From the NCBI GenBank assembly GCA_963749705.1, contig CAVVNQ010000004.1, positions 192,001-256,000 of the forward strand: DNA of 64,000 nucleotides. The letters run 5' to 3'. Each line of letters begins with the position of its first letter. The first letter of the stretch is position 1. The DNA is from an uncultured Chloroflexia bacterium (GTDB lineage Bacteria > Chloroflexota > Limnocylindria > Limnocylindrales > CSP1-4). Below are positions 9,866 through 20,167 of this stretch, piece after piece. Made by a program: the position numbers and the translations under genes. Under the pieces are notes generated by a model. It was not told where the DNA came from. It saw only the letters and a list, made by a program, of their open reading frames with translations, and searched no databases.

Positions 9866-10906
9866 ATGACCGCGTCCAAACCAGGCGCCGACGCGGCGCT
9901 CGACACGACCGAGATCGCGGAGCTGCTGGCGCTCGCCTCGTCCGTCGCGGGCGGCGAGCCGATCGCGCTGGTCGACGTGGATGGCCGCGTCGTCGCGGGC
10001 CGGTCGCCGGGAGAGGCCCCCGGCCGGGCCCACGCGATGATCCGCGACGGCCGGCCGGCCGGGGCCGTCCGGGGCACGGCCGCCGTCGAGCCCGCGCTGC
10101 TCGAGCTCGTCGCCCGCAGCCTCCAGCTGGTCGAGGCGCATGCGGACGACCGCGCGGCGCGGGCGCGACTGGACCACGAGCTCGCCATCGGGCGCCGGAT
10201 CCAGCTGGCCCTGGTCCCGAGGCGCTTCCCGGTCATCGCCGGCTGGACGTTCGCGGCGGCCTACGAGCCGGCGCTCGAGGTCGGTGGCGACCTGTTCGAC
10301 GCGTTCCCCGTCCGCGGCCAGCTGGATCGGGTGGGGCTGCTGGTCGCGGATGTCACCGGCAAGGGCATCGCGGCGGCGCTGCTGATGGCGGACGTTCGCG
10401 CCCTGCTCCACGCGGCGACCGACAACGCCCCGGGTCCCGCCGACGCCCTTGCCCGCGTCAACCGGATCCTCGTGACCGAGCGCGCGACGGCGCTCATGGT
10501 GACCGCGGTGCTCCTCGTCCTGGACACGGCGACGGGCGTCGTCCGCTACGCAGGGGCCGGGCACGAGGCGCCGCTCATCGCCCGCTGCACCGGCGGGGTT
10601 GAGCCACTCGAGGCGGGCGGGACGATCCTGGGGCTGGCCGGCGATACGACCTTCGTGGAGCAGGAGGGCCGGCTGGATCCGGGCGATGCCCTCGTGATGT
10701 ACACCGACGGGGTCACCGACGCACGCGATCGGGACCGCGGGTTCTACGGCGATGATCGCCTGCTGGCGATGGTGGGCCGTGCGTGCGGGCGATCGGCCGA
10801 CGTGATCGTGGACACGATCATGGACGACGTCCGAACCTTCCGCGGCGAGGCCCCGCCGTTCGACGACCTGACCCTGCTCGTTGTGGAGCGGCGCCGGGAC
10901 GGTTGA
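9866..10906 (+). CDS. PP2C/SpoIIE-family serine phosphatase (RsbU-like)
   Basis: VGGDLFD, ADVTGKG, AGH, YTDGVTD and DDLT motifs; start uncertain (9812 or 9866). Confidence 0.9.
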   Translation: MTASKPGADAALDTTEIAELLALASSVAGGEPIALVDVDGRVVAGRSPGEAPGRAHAMIRDGRPAGAVRGTAAVEPALLELVARSLQLVEAHADDRAARARLDHELAIGRRIQLALVPRRFPVIAGWTFAAAYEPALEVGGDLFDAFPVRGQLDRVGLLVADVTGKGIAAALLMADVRALLHAATDNAPGPADALARVNRILVTERATALMVTAVLLVLDTATGVVRYAGAGHEAPLIARCTGGVEPLEAGGTILGLAGDTTFVEQEGRLDPGDALVMYTDGVTDARDRDRGFYGDDRLLAMVGRACGRSADVIVDTIMDDVRTFRGEAPPFDDLTLLVVERRRDG

Positions 10907-10982
10907 GGTCCGCCTCCCGCGGCGCCCCGTGGTTCGACCCGCCGGCGCAGCCGGCACCTTCGCCCGCGGGAGCTGCGATCCC

Positions 10983-12521
10983 CTACCGCGTGTGCGGGAA
11001 GCCCAGGTCCACCGATGACGTGCCCGGATCGGGCCAGCGCGAGGTCACGACCTTCGACCGCGTGTAGAACTGGATCCCGTCGGGCCCGTACATGTGCAGG
11101 TCGCCGAACAGCGACGCCTTCCAGCCGCCGAAGCTGTAGTACGCGACCGGCACCGGGATCGGCACGTTGACACCGACCATGCCCACGTTGACCTCGAACT
11201 CGAACTGGCGGGCCGCGCCCCCGTCGCGGGTGAAGATCGCGGTCCCGTTGCCGTACGGGTTGTCGTTGATCAGCCGCAGCCCGTCCTCGTAGCTGTCCAC
11301 CCGGGTGACCGTGAGCACGGGCCCGAAGATCTCGTCGCGATAGCAGTCCATCTCGGGCCTGACGTCGTCGATCAGCGAGACCCCGAGGAAGAATCCGTCG
11401 GACTCCCGGAACAGCGGGTGGTCGCGCCCGTCGGCGACGATGGTCGCGCCCTGTGCCGTTGCACTGTCGAGGTACGAGGCCACCTTGTCGCGATGCTGCC
11501 GGGTGACCAGCGGCCCCATCTCGGCGGCTCCGTCCGACCCCGGGCCGACGGTGATCCTGGGCAGCCGGGCGCGGATCGCCTCGACCAGCGGATCCGCGAC
11601 GCCGCCCACCGCGACGACCGTGGCGATCGCCATGCACCGCTCGCCCGACGACCCGAATGCCGCCGAGACCGCCGCGTCGGCCGCCATGTCGATGTCCGCG
11701 TCGGGCAGCACCAGCATGTGGTTCTTGGCCCCGCCCAGCGCCTGGACCCGCTTCCCGTTGCGCGTCCCGGTCTCGTAGATGTAGCGCGCGATGGGCGTCG
11801 AGCCGACGAACGAGACGGCCGCGATGTCGGGGTGCGCCAGGATCGCGTCGACGGCCACCTTGTCGCCCTGGATGACGCTGAACACGCCCTCGGGCACGCC
11901 GGCGTCGCGCAGCAGCTCGGCCATCAGCATGGACGCGGACGGGTCCTTCTCGGACGGCTTGAGCAGGAACGTGTTGCCGCACGCGATCGCGTTGGCGAAC
12001 ATCCACATCGGCACCATCGCCGGGAAGTTGAACGGCGTGATCCCCGCCACGACGCCCAGCGGCTGGCGGATCTGCTTGACGTCCACGCCGGTCGACGCCT
12101 GCTCGCTGAAGCCGCCCTTGAGCAGGTGCTGGACGCCACACGCGAACTCGAGGTTCTCGACGCCTCGTGCGATCTCGCCCAGGGCATCGGAAGGGACCTT
12201 GCCGTGCTCCGCGGTGAGCAGCGCCGCCAGGTCGCGACGATGCTGGTCGACCAGGTTCCGGATCCGGAACAGGATCTCCGTCCGCTTTGACAGCGAGGTG
12301 GCGCGCCAGGCCGGATACGCGGCCTTCGCGGCCGCGACCGCAAGATCCACCTCGTCGGTGGAGGCGAAGTCGACCCACCGGGTCTGGGCGCCCGTCGCGG
12401 GATCGAACACGGGGCCCTGCCGGCCGGACGAACCCGCTGCGGGGTGTCCGCCGATCCAGTGGCCAACGGTGGGAAGGGTCTGGGATGCGGGAGAGCCCGC
12501 GGGGACGGCGAGCTGGGTCAT
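10983..12521 (-). CDS. mmsA: CoA-acylating (methyl)malonate-semialdehyde dehydrogenase
   Basis: ITPFNFPAM, KPSEKDP, GGAKNH, GERCMA, EIFGP and C-terminal RW motifs. Confidence 0.93.
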   Translation of the reverse strand: MTQLAVPAGSPASQTLPTVGHWIGGHPAAGSSGRQGPVFDPATGAQTRWVDFASTDEVDLAVAAAKAAYPAWRATSLSKRTEILFRIRNLVDQHRRDLAALLTAEHGKVPSDALGEIARGVENLEFACGVQHLLKGGFSEQASTGVDVKQIRQPLGVVAGITPFNFPAMVPMWMFANAIACGNTFLLKPSEKDPSASMLMAELLRDAGVPEGVFSVIQGDKVAVDAILAHPDIAAVSFVGSTPIARYIYETGTRNGKRVQALGGAKNHMLVLPDADIDMAADAAVSAAFGSSGERCMAIATVVAVGGVADPLVEAIRARLPRITVGPGSDGAAEMGPLVTRQHRDKVASYLDSATAQGATIVADGRDHPLFRESDGFFLGVSLIDDVRPEMDCYRDEIFGPVLTVTRVDSYEDGLRLINDNPYGNGTAIFTRDGGAARQFEFEVNVGMVGVNVPIPVPVAYYSFGGWKASLFGDLHMYGPDGIQFYTRSKVVTSRWPDPGTSSVDLGFPHTR

Positions 12522-12672
12522 CAGGGCAAACCTCACGGGACGATGAAGCCGGCGACCCTGCCACTCTACCGCGAAGCACAAATCGGGCCCTGCCGGAGGG
12601 GCCTCGAAGCCATCGGGCGCGGCCACCGCCGAGCGCGGCGGATCGTCGCGCGTCGCCGTCGCGCGCGGCGGA

Positions 12673-13620
12673 TCAGAACCTGGGCCGGCTCTCCGGCTCG
12701 GGCCAGTCCGGACCGCGCCCCGGGCGTTGCGCCGGGCGTTGGGCGCGCCGCCGCCGCAGGACCCGGGCGATCCAGCGCGCAACGAACACCAGCGCGGCGA
12801 CCGTGGCGATCCCGATCGAGATCAGCTGGTCGGCGTTGAGCGGTCCGAGCACGGCCGGGTCTCGCCACGTCGTCGCAACCGCCGCGCGCGCGGCTGCCCA
12901 CAGCCCGATCCCGACCACGAACGCGGCGCCCGTGCCCCGCCAGAACCGTCCGCCGGCGAGCAGCCCGATCACGACGACCAGCACGCCGGCGGTGGCCAGC
13001 GCCTCGTACAGCTGCGCCGGATGCGAGGGGATCTCGGGTGCCAGCGATCCCCACGGTCCGGGTCCGACGTACGCGGTCGCCCAGGCTCCATCGAACGGCA
13101 GTCCCTGGCCGTCGCCGCCGAGGATCATGGCGGCCTTGCCGGCGGCGAGGCCGAACAGGAGGGGAAGGATCAGCGCGTGCATCCAGCGCCGGACCGGCGC
13201 ACCCAGGAGGGCGGCGATGATCGCCGCCGTGAATGTCCCGCCGACCACGGCCAGCGACAGCTGGAAGGCGCCCTGCGTGGGGTCGAGGACCGCCGACGGG
13301 TTGGCGCCGTAGTAGTCGAGATGGGTGAGCACGTAGCCGAGCCGTCCGCCCGCGACCGCGCCCGGCAGCGACGCCACGGCGATGTACAGCAGGTCGTCGG
13401 CGCGGAGGTGGTTGGCCTCGACCTCCTCCGTCTCGGGGTCATCGGGAGGAAGGAACGGGTCGACCGGCGTGCGGCGGGCGATCAGGACCGCCAGCACGAG
13501 CGTGGCCAGGATCACGACCGCCAGCGCGATCGTCTCGAGGCGAACGTGCCAGTCCCCGATCGTGACGATGGGGACGAACGTCAGCTTGATGACCGCGGTC
13601 AGGGGGATCAGGGGATGCAC
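12673..13620 (-). CDS. Divergent prolipoprotein diacylglyceryl transferase-like protein
   Basis: GGRLGYV and HPAQLYE retained, but the GRxGNFxN signature is replaced by GKAAMILGG. Confidence 0.75.
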   Translation of the reverse strand: MHPLIPLTAVIKLTFVPIVTIGDWHVRLETIALAVVILATLVLAVLIARRTPVDPFLPPDDPETEEVEANHLRADDLLYIAVASLPGAVAGGRLGYVLTHLDYYGANPSAVLDPTQGAFQLSLAVVGGTFTAAIIAALLGAPVRRWMHALILPLLFGLAAGKAAMILGGDGQGLPFDGAWATAYVGPGPWGSLAPEIPSHPAQLYEALATAGVLVVVIGLLAGGRFWRGTGAAFVVGIGLWAAARAAVATTWRDPAVLGPLNADQLISIGIATVAALVFVARWIARVLRRRRAQRPAQRPGRGPDWPEPESRPRF

Positions 13621-13703
13621 GACGGCGAGTCTACCGGTCGGCTGAACCGTCGAGCGCCTGCGCCTGCAGGCGGCACCGGCGCCGTCGGGTCACGAGCGAA
13701 TCG

Positions 13704-13732
13704 CGAGGCCCCCGGCGGTGCCGGGGGCCTCG
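13704..13732 (-). terminator. GC-rich hairpin downstream of the S8 protease (probable terminator)
   Basis: CGAGGCCCCCGGC-GGT-GCCGGGGGCCTCG, a perfect 13-bp stem about 50 nt after the stop; weak U-tract. Confidence 0.6.
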
Positions 13733-13783
13733 GTCTTCAGGTCGGCTGGAGCGTCCGTCGGGCGACGGACGCCGGCTTGGCAG

Positions 13784-16700
13784 CTACTTGACGCTGATGA
13801 TCGTGGAGCCGATGTCGTTCGTGCCGTCGCTGTACACGATCTGGCCCAGATACCACGCGCCCGGCGTGAGGCCGGTGAACGTGAGGCCGACATCGACGGT
13901 GCCACCGACCGTGGCCGTCGCCGTCGCGGGGAGGACGACGTTGCCCTCGTCCGCCATTGGCACCAGCCACTCGAAGAGCGTGAAGTCGGTGCTCGCGCCC
14001 GCGGTGTTGAAGCCGTGGACGTAGACGGTGTAGTCGCCGGCGGCGGGTGCCTTGAGGGTCACCATCTCGTTGGAATCACCGTCGGCCGACTGGCCGACGA
14101 GCTTGTCGGCCTTGTACAGGAAGACGTCCAGATCCGTCCCCGGGTTGGCGATCGCGCTCTCGTCGATGCCCACCCGGAGCAGGCTGGTGCCCGCCGGAAC
14201 CGAGAACGTCATGGCGTAGGTCCCGGTCGAGTCGGCCGGGTCGAACGTCTGGTCCGGATCCTGGGTCACGTTCGCGGCCGTCTCCTCCGCAGCGGCGAGG
14301 CCGCGAGCGGCGAACTCGAGCGTGCCGGCGTAGCCGGTCACGACCGAATAGCTGACGGCGTCCGCCGAGCCCGCGACCTCCGCCGGAGCGGCGATCGGGA
14401 CCGGCCGGATGACCATCGGGACGCGCACGTTGTGGGTGCCGTCGGTCCAGGTCAGCTGGCCGCCCGTGTACGTGCCGAGCGGCGCGCTGTCCTCGGTGAA
14501 GGTGACGGTGAACGTCCCGGTCTCGCCGGGCTTGAGCGTCAGCGATGCGGGCGACACCGAGGTGTCGATGCCGGTCATCCCGAACACGGACGCCGTGTAG
14601 GTCGCCTTCGCGCCGCCGACGTTGGTGACCCGGCGGGTCACGGTCTGGACGCCGGCGAGATCGCCGATGGCGATCGAGGCGCTGTTGTAGTCGCTCAGGT
14701 CGGTCGAGTACCCAAGGCCCTGGAGGGCGCTGCAGGTTCCGGCACCGACGGCCGACGAGCCGCCGCACAGGAATGCCAGCCAGTCATTCCAGCCTGCGTC
14801 GTACACGAGGCCGGGATCCGCCGCGGAGTTCGGGGCGACGTGCCCCGCGCCCTGGCGGAAGATCAGGATCGGGTTGTCGCTGGGGGCCGGCGTGCCGCCG
14901 TCGAGCACGTCATACGCCGAGGTCATCAGCGCCGACTTGACCGCCATCGGCGACCAGCTCGGGTGCAGGTCCATCAGCAGCGCGGCGATGCCGGCCACGT
15001 GCGGGCTGGACATCGAGGTGCCGCTGTAGAGGTTGAAGTCGAAGCCGTGGTTGCCTGGCGGCGCGACCGCGGCGAGGATGTCCTGGCCTGGCGCGATGAC
15101 GTCCGGCTTGAGCACGTCGCCACCACCGGCGGCCAGCGGGCCACGGGACGAGAACGACGCCGTGAACGGCGCCGGTGCGTCGTAGACGATGGTGGCCTGG
15201 TTGATCGTCGCGGTTGCCCCCGCCGTTGCGGCGTACGCCTCGACGGCAGCACGATCGGTGTCCTCGAGGTGCACCGACGGCACGAAGTGGAAGTCCGCGT
15301 TGATCGAGTTCGGGCTGGTGTTGACCAGGATCATGCCGACACCGCCGGCTTCCTGGACGGCCAGGCTCTTGTTGACCCGGGCCGTGACGCCGCGCTCGCA
15401 CACGACGATCTTGCCCGCGACCTTGGCCGGATCGAGGGCGTTGCCATCCGGATCGGCCGAGCTGTAGCACAGCGCGACGTGCGTCGGGTCGGCACCGGAC
15501 AGGCCGGCGTCGGTGGCGTTGATCAGGGGCGCGGGGCCAACCGCGGTCGCCACTGAGGCGCCGTCGTAGGTCTCACCGTTGCCAAGCGTGACCGAGCCCT
15601 GGCCGTCACGGTTGTGGGTGCCCGCGGCGACCGTGGTCGTCCACGGCGACGGGTGCGCGACGGTGCCGCTGGTCGGACCGCTGTTGCCGGCGGACTCGGC
15701 GACGAAGATGCCGGCGTCCGCGGCGAACAGGAACGAGATCTCGACCGGGTCGGCGAAGTTCGTCGTGGTGCCGCTGATCGAGTAGTTGATGACGTCGACG
15801 CCGTCATGGACGGCGGCATCGATGGCGGCCACGAGGTCCGAGGTTGAGCCGCTCGCGGTCGAGGCATCCTCGGTCGACCACAGGGCCTTGTACATCGCGA
15901 TCCGCGCCCGCGGCGCCATGCCGCTGATCGGGCCGAACGCCGCTGCGGGCCCGGTGGTCGGGGTGTTGTAGTTGCCGCCGGCGGTGGACGCGGTATGCGT
16001 GCCATGGCCGTTGTAGTCGCGCGGAGAGTTGAACTCCCAGGGCTTGGTCGCATCGACGCCGGCGTCGCCGCCCAGCGACGCGTTGAAGTACTGGGCGCCG
16101 ATCAGCTTCTCGTTGCAGTCGGAGGTCTTCTTGAAGTCCTCGCCGGACACGCACTTGCCGTGCCAGCCGGGAACCTGGTGGTAGGCGAGCTTGGCGCCCG
16201 GCGCGTTGCTCGGCTGGCCGGTGTACTTGTCGACGCGGTCGCTGAAGCTCAGCGACTCGGGCCAGATGCCGGAGTCGACGTCGCCGATGATGATGTCCTC
16301 GCCGGCGCTCTTGACACCGCCGAGCTGATCCCACAGGCCACCGGGGGCCGTGAGCCCGAGGAAGGCGGGCGTCGAGGACGTGTCGGCCGTGCGGATCTCG
16401 TCGGGCGAGATGGCGACGACGCCGGCGTCGTGGGCCAGCTTGTTCGCCTGGGCCGCCGTCAGCCGCGCGGCAAAGCCGTTGTAGGTGTAGACGTAGTCGT
16501 AGACCTTGTTGCCGCCGACCGCCTTGACCTTGGCGTCGTGGCGGCCCTTGAGGAAGGCCGAGTAGGCGACGACCGCGGCCGAGGTCGGATCGATCTTCCT
16601 GGCCTGGCCCGGCGCGGTCGCCTTGAGGCCCTTGATGTCGCCCTTGTACGCCACCACGGGCATCTCGGCGAGCTGGACGATGTAGATCCCATCCTTCGTG

Positions 16701-16801
16701 AAGCGGCCGGCATCGGCGGACTTCGCGATGACCGCGGTCGGCATCAGCGCTGCGAGCAGCAGCAGCGTGCCGGCGACAGAGGCGAGCGCTCTCCGGTTCA
16801 T
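13784..16801 (-). CDS. Secreted subtilisin-like S8 serine peptidase (signal peptide, I9 propeptide, PA domain, Fn3-like and C-terminal domains)
   Basis: DSG, HGTHTAST and SGTSMSSP catalytic triad; signal peptide MNRRALASVAG...; AGGAGG RBS. Confidence 0.95.
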   Translation of the reverse strand: MNRRALASVAGTLLLLAALMPTAVIAKSADAGRFTKDGIYIVQLAEMPVVAYKGDIKGLKATAPGQARKIDPTSAAVVAYSAFLKGRHDAKVKAVGGNKVYDYVYTYNGFAARLTAAQANKLAHDAGVVAISPDEIRTADTSSTPAFLGLTAPGGLWDQLGGVKSAGEDIIIGDVDSGIWPESLSFSDRVDKYTGQPSNAPGAKLAYHQVPGWHGKCVSGEDFKKTSDCNEKLIGAQYFNASLGGDAGVDATKPWEFNSPRDYNGHGTHTASTAGGNYNTPTTGPAAAFGPISGMAPRARIAMYKALWSTEDASTASGSTSDLVAAIDAAVHDGVDVINYSISGTTTNFADPVEISFLFAADAGIFVAESAGNSGPTSGTVAHPSPWTTTVAAGTHNRDGQGSVTLGNGETYDGASVATAVGPAPLINATDAGLSGADPTHVALCYSSADPDGNALDPAKVAGKIVVCERGVTARVNKSLAVQEAGGVGMILVNTSPNSINADFHFVPSVHLEDTDRAAVEAYAATAGATATINQATIVYDAPAPFTASFSSRGPLAAGGGDVLKPDVIAPGQDILAAVAPPGNHGFDFNLYSGTSMSSPHVAGIAALLMDLHPSWSPMAVKSALMTSAYDVLDGGTPAPSDNPILIFRQGAGHVAPNSAADPGLVYDAGWNDWLAFLCGGSSAVGAGTCSALQGLGYSTDLSDYNSASIAIGDLAGVQTVTRRVTNVGGAKATYTASVFGMTGIDTSVSPASLTLKPGETGTFTVTFTEDSAPLGTYTGGQLTWTDGTHNVRVPMVIRPVPIAAPAEVAGSADAVSYSVVTGYAGTLEFAARGLAAAEETAANVTQDPDQTFDPADSTGTYAMTFSVPAGTSLLRVGIDESAIANPGTDLDVFLYKADKLVGQSADGDSNEMVTLKAPAAGDYTVYVHGFNTAGASTDFTLFEWLVPMADEGNVVLPATATATVGGTVDVGLTFTGLTPGAWYLGQIVYSDGTNDIGSTIISVK

Positions 16802-17086
16802 GGTCCTCCTCAGGCGATGCCTGGACTCCTCCCGACCCGGCGCGCGCCGCTGCGCTGGCGACATGACCGAACGCCCGGGCTCAGGAAATCGGCGGCCCTC
16901 CAGCCACGCGTACCCGGAAGGTACCGTGGGCCGACAGCCGGTGTCACCGTCCTTTCGGCATCTCCCGGGCAGGAGGGCACGAAACGTTGCCCCCGCGCAC
17001 CACGAACGCGTCCGCCCGGGGACGCGCGCGGTCGCCGGGCCGCTGGAGCAATCGGCCGACCGCGGCGGGCGTGGCCGCCGCGCGGG

Positions 17087-18016
17087 TCAGGCGGGAAGCG
17101 CGGCGACCAGGTCCTTGACGGCCGCCACCGAGCGGTCGAACGCGACGCGCTCCTCGTCGGTGAGCGTGATCTCGAACACCCGCTCGAGCCCGCCCTTGCC
17201 GAGCACCACCGGCACGCCCACGAACAGCCCATCGACGCCGAACTCGCCCTGGAGGTACGTGGCGCACGGCAGGACGCGCTTCCGGTCGCGCAGGATGGCG
17301 TCGACCATCTCGAACGTCGACGCCGCGGGGGCGTAGTACGCGGAGCCCGTCTTGAGCAGCGCCACGATCTCGGCGCCGCCGTTCGCGGTCCTGGCCTCGA
17401 GCGCCTTGACCCGCTCGGCCGGCAGCAGCTCCGTGATCGGCACGCCCGCGACGGTCGAGTAGCGCGACAGCGGGACCATGGTGTCGCCGTGACCGCCGAG
17501 CACGAACGCGTGAACGTCCTCCACGGACACACCCAGCTCCATCGCGATGAACGTCCGGAACCGGGCGGAGTCCAGCACCCCGGCCATCCCCAGCACGCGC
17601 TCGCGCGGGAACCCGGACGCGCGCATCGCCACGTGGCACATGACGTCGAGCGGGTTGGTGACCACGATCAGGATCGCGTCCGGCGAGACCGCTGCGGCGG
17701 CCTTGACCACGCCGCCCACGATGCCCGCGTTGGTCGCGATCAGGTCGTCGCGGCTCATGCCCGGCTTGCGCGGGATCCCGGACGTGACGACGATGATGTC
17801 GGACCCGGCCGTGTCCGCATAGTCGTTGGTGCCCAGGATCCGCGCGTCGTGCCCCACGACCGGGGCTGCCTCGGCGAGGTCGAGCCCCTTGCCCTGCGGC
17901 AGGCCGTCGACGATGTCGACGAGGACGACGTCGGCCAGCCCTGCTTCCGCGATCCGCTGCGCGGTGGTGGCGCCGACGTTGCCTGCGCCGATGACGGTGA
18001 CCTTGTTGCGTGCCAT
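17087..18016 (-). CDS. mdh: Malate dehydrogenase (LDH-like)
   Basis: [23 protein letters not shown] and GGHG motifs. Confidence 0.95.
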   Translation of the reverse strand: MARNKVTVIGAGNVGATTAQRIAEAGLADVVLVDIVDGLPQGKGLDLAEAAPVVGHDARILGTNDYADTAGSDIIVVTSGIPRKPGMSRDDLIATNAGIVGGVVKAAAAVSPDAILIVVTNPLDVMCHVAMRASGFPRERVLGMAGVLDSARFRTFIAMELGVSVEDVHAFVLGGHGDTMVPLSRYSTVAGVPITELLPAERVKALEARTANGGAEIVALLKTGSAYYAPAASTFEMVDAILRDRKRVLPCATYLQGEFGVDGLFVGVPVVLGKGGLERVFEITLTDEERVAFDRSVAAVKDLVAALPA

Positions 18017-18123
18017 GACTCGAGCGCCTCCTTGGGCCTGGTGGATCGCGGCCGCCGGACCCGTGGCCCGGCCCGCCGCGCGTGCGTGTGCGTCGCTCCC
18101 CGCGTCCCCGGTGATCTCCTCCG

Positions 18124-19722
18124 TCAGCCCGCGGGCTTGCTGGCGTCGAGCGGGACCGGCCCGGCCTCGCGGATCGCCACGCTGACGCCGTCGGCGTACT
18201 TCGCGAAGTTGTCGTGGAACATCGTGGCGAGCTTCCGGGCGGCCGCGTCGTAGGCCGCCGGATCGGGCCAGTTGTTGCGCGGCACGAGGACCTCATCGGG
18301 TACGCCGGGCACCGCCACCGGGACGGCGATCCGGAAGATCGGGTCATCGACGGTCTCGACGCCTTCGAGCTCCCCGCTCAGCGCTGCCCGGACCATGTTC
18401 CGGGTGTGGTCGATGTTCATCCGGTGGCCGGTGCCGTAGGGTCCGGCCGTCCAGCCCGTGTTGACCAGCCAGACGGGAACGTCAAACTGCTCCAGACGGC
18501 TCACCAGCATGTCGGCGTACTCCCCCGGGTGGCGGGGCAGGAAGGGGGCACCGAACGCGGCCGAGAACGTCGCCGACGGCTCCTTGACGCCGATCTCGGT
18601 GCCCGCGAGCTTGGCCGTGTATCCGCTGATGAAGTGATACGCCGCCTGCTCCCGGGTGAGCCGGCTGATCGGCGGCAGCACGCCGAACGCATCGGCGGTC
18701 AGGAACACGACGTTGCGCGGACCGCCGGCCACCCCGGTGGGATCCGCATTGCCGATGAAGTGCAGGGGGTAGGCGCCGCGGGTGTTCTCGGTGAACCGCT
18801 CCGAGTCGAGGTCCAGCTCGCGGGTGGCGGGGTCGATGTCGACGTTCTCGAGGATCGTCCCGAAGCGCTTCGTTGCCGCGAAGATGTCGGGCTCGTACAT
18901 CGACGACAGGCGGATCGTCTTGGCGTAGCAGCCGCCCTCGAAGTTGAACGTGTAGCCGTCACCCCAGCCATGCTCGTCGTCGCCGATCAGGCTGCGCATC
19001 GGATCGGCGGACAGCGTCGTCTTGCCGGTGCCCGAGAGGCCGAAGAACACGCATGCGTCACCGGCCTTGCCGACGTTGATCGAGGAGTGCATCGGGAGCA
19101 CGCCCTCGTCGGGCATCAGGTAGTTCATGACCGTGAACGCGGACTTCTTGATCTCGCCCGCGTACATGGTCCCGACGATGATCACCTCCATCCGCTGCAG
19201 GTGGAGCAGGATCGCGGTCGAGCTGCGGGTGCCTTCGGTCGTCGGGTCGGCCTCGAAGCTGGGCACGTTGATGATCGTGAAGTTGGGCGTGAAGCCCTCC
19301 AGGTCCTCGCGCGGCGGCCGGCGGAACAGGTTGCGCGCGAAGATGCTCGCCCACGCCGTCTCGGTGTACACGCGCAGGCTGCGCCGGTGCGACGGGTGGG
19401 CGCCGATGTACATGTCCTGCGCGTACAGCTGCTTGTCCGCGACATACGCCATCAGCCGCTCGCGGAGCCGGTCGTAGTGTGCCTCGCTGATCTCGTGGTT
19501 GACCTCGCCCCACCAGACCTTGTCCTGGCTCCAGGGCTCGCGGACGACGAACTTGTCCTTGGGCGAGCGACCGGTGTGCTGCCCGGTCCGCACGACGAGC
19601 GGACCCTCGGCCGCGATCTCGCCCTCACCGGCCGCGATCGCCCGCTCGTAGAGCTCGGCGGTCGAGAGGTTGGTCAGCAGGCTGCCGCCGATCCGGGACG
19701 TTGGAGAGGTCGTGATCGCCAT
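18124..19722 (-). CDS. pckA: Phosphoenolpyruvate carboxykinase (ATP)
   Basis: [34 protein letters not shown] and NFEGGCYAK motifs. Confidence 0.96.
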   Translation of the reverse strand: MAITTSPTSRIGGSLLTNLSTAELYERAIAAGEGEIAAEGPLVVRTGQHTGRSPKDKFVVREPWSQDKVWWGEVNHEISEAHYDRLRERLMAYVADKQLYAQDMYIGAHPSHRRSLRVYTETAWASIFARNLFRRPPREDLEGFTPNFTIINVPSFEADPTTEGTRSSTAILLHLQRMEVIIVGTMYAGEIKKSAFTVMNYLMPDEGVLPMHSSINVGKAGDACVFFGLSGTGKTTLSADPMRSLIGDDEHGWGDGYTFNFEGGCYAKTIRLSSMYEPDIFAATKRFGTILENVDIDPATRELDLDSERFTENTRGAYPLHFIGNADPTGVAGGPRNVVFLTADAFGVLPPISRLTREQAAYHFISGYTAKLAGTEIGVKEPSATFSAAFGAPFLPRHPGEYADMLVSRLEQFDVPVWLVNTGWTAGPYGTGHRMNIDHTRNMVRAALSGELEGVETVDDPIFRIAVPVAVPGVPDEVLVPRNNWPDPAAYDAAARKLATMFHDNFAKYADGVSVAIREAGPVPLDASKPAG

Positions 19723-19830
19723 GCTTGGTACCTCGACTGCGGTGCGGGCCTGCGGCCCGCGCTGGGGCACGTGACCGGCCGCGCGTGACGGGCGGATCGC
19801 CCGGGAGTCGGCTTTCGCAGTCAAGGGTTG

Positions 19831-19861
19831 CGAATCGGTTTCGGTGCATTGTAACCGTTCA
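19831..19861. promoter_or_regulatory. Two LacI/cre-like operator candidates and a TACAAT box upstream of pckA
   Basis: CGAATCGGTTTCG (19831-19843) and TGTAACCGTTCA (19850-19861); TACAAT on the minus strand at 19848-19853. Confidence 0.4.
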
Positions 19862-20167
19862 TTCGGACCGCCGGCCAACGGCCGAAGGTCACGTCTCGCA
19901 CGCGGCCCCGGGACCAGGCGCTGGGTTGCCGGCGTTCGACGAGCGTCCTCGGCGCCGACGTCCGGCGTTCCCCTCGCCGGCGCGATCACCCGCAGGCGTC
20001 ACCAAGCGGCCGATCGCGTCGTCGTGATGCGCCCCAGTGGTCAATCCGACCCGTTATGCCCGTCCCGGCGTCGTGCTGATCGGTGTCAGACATCATCACG
20101 ACAAACGGCCGCCCATCGTGACGCCGCCGGGTCATCGCCCGATCGCGCGCCTGCGGACCGAGCCGAC

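Noticed and set aside
15995-18253. 752-aa plus-strand ORF
   Set aside because: Antisense shadow of the S8 protease and mdh
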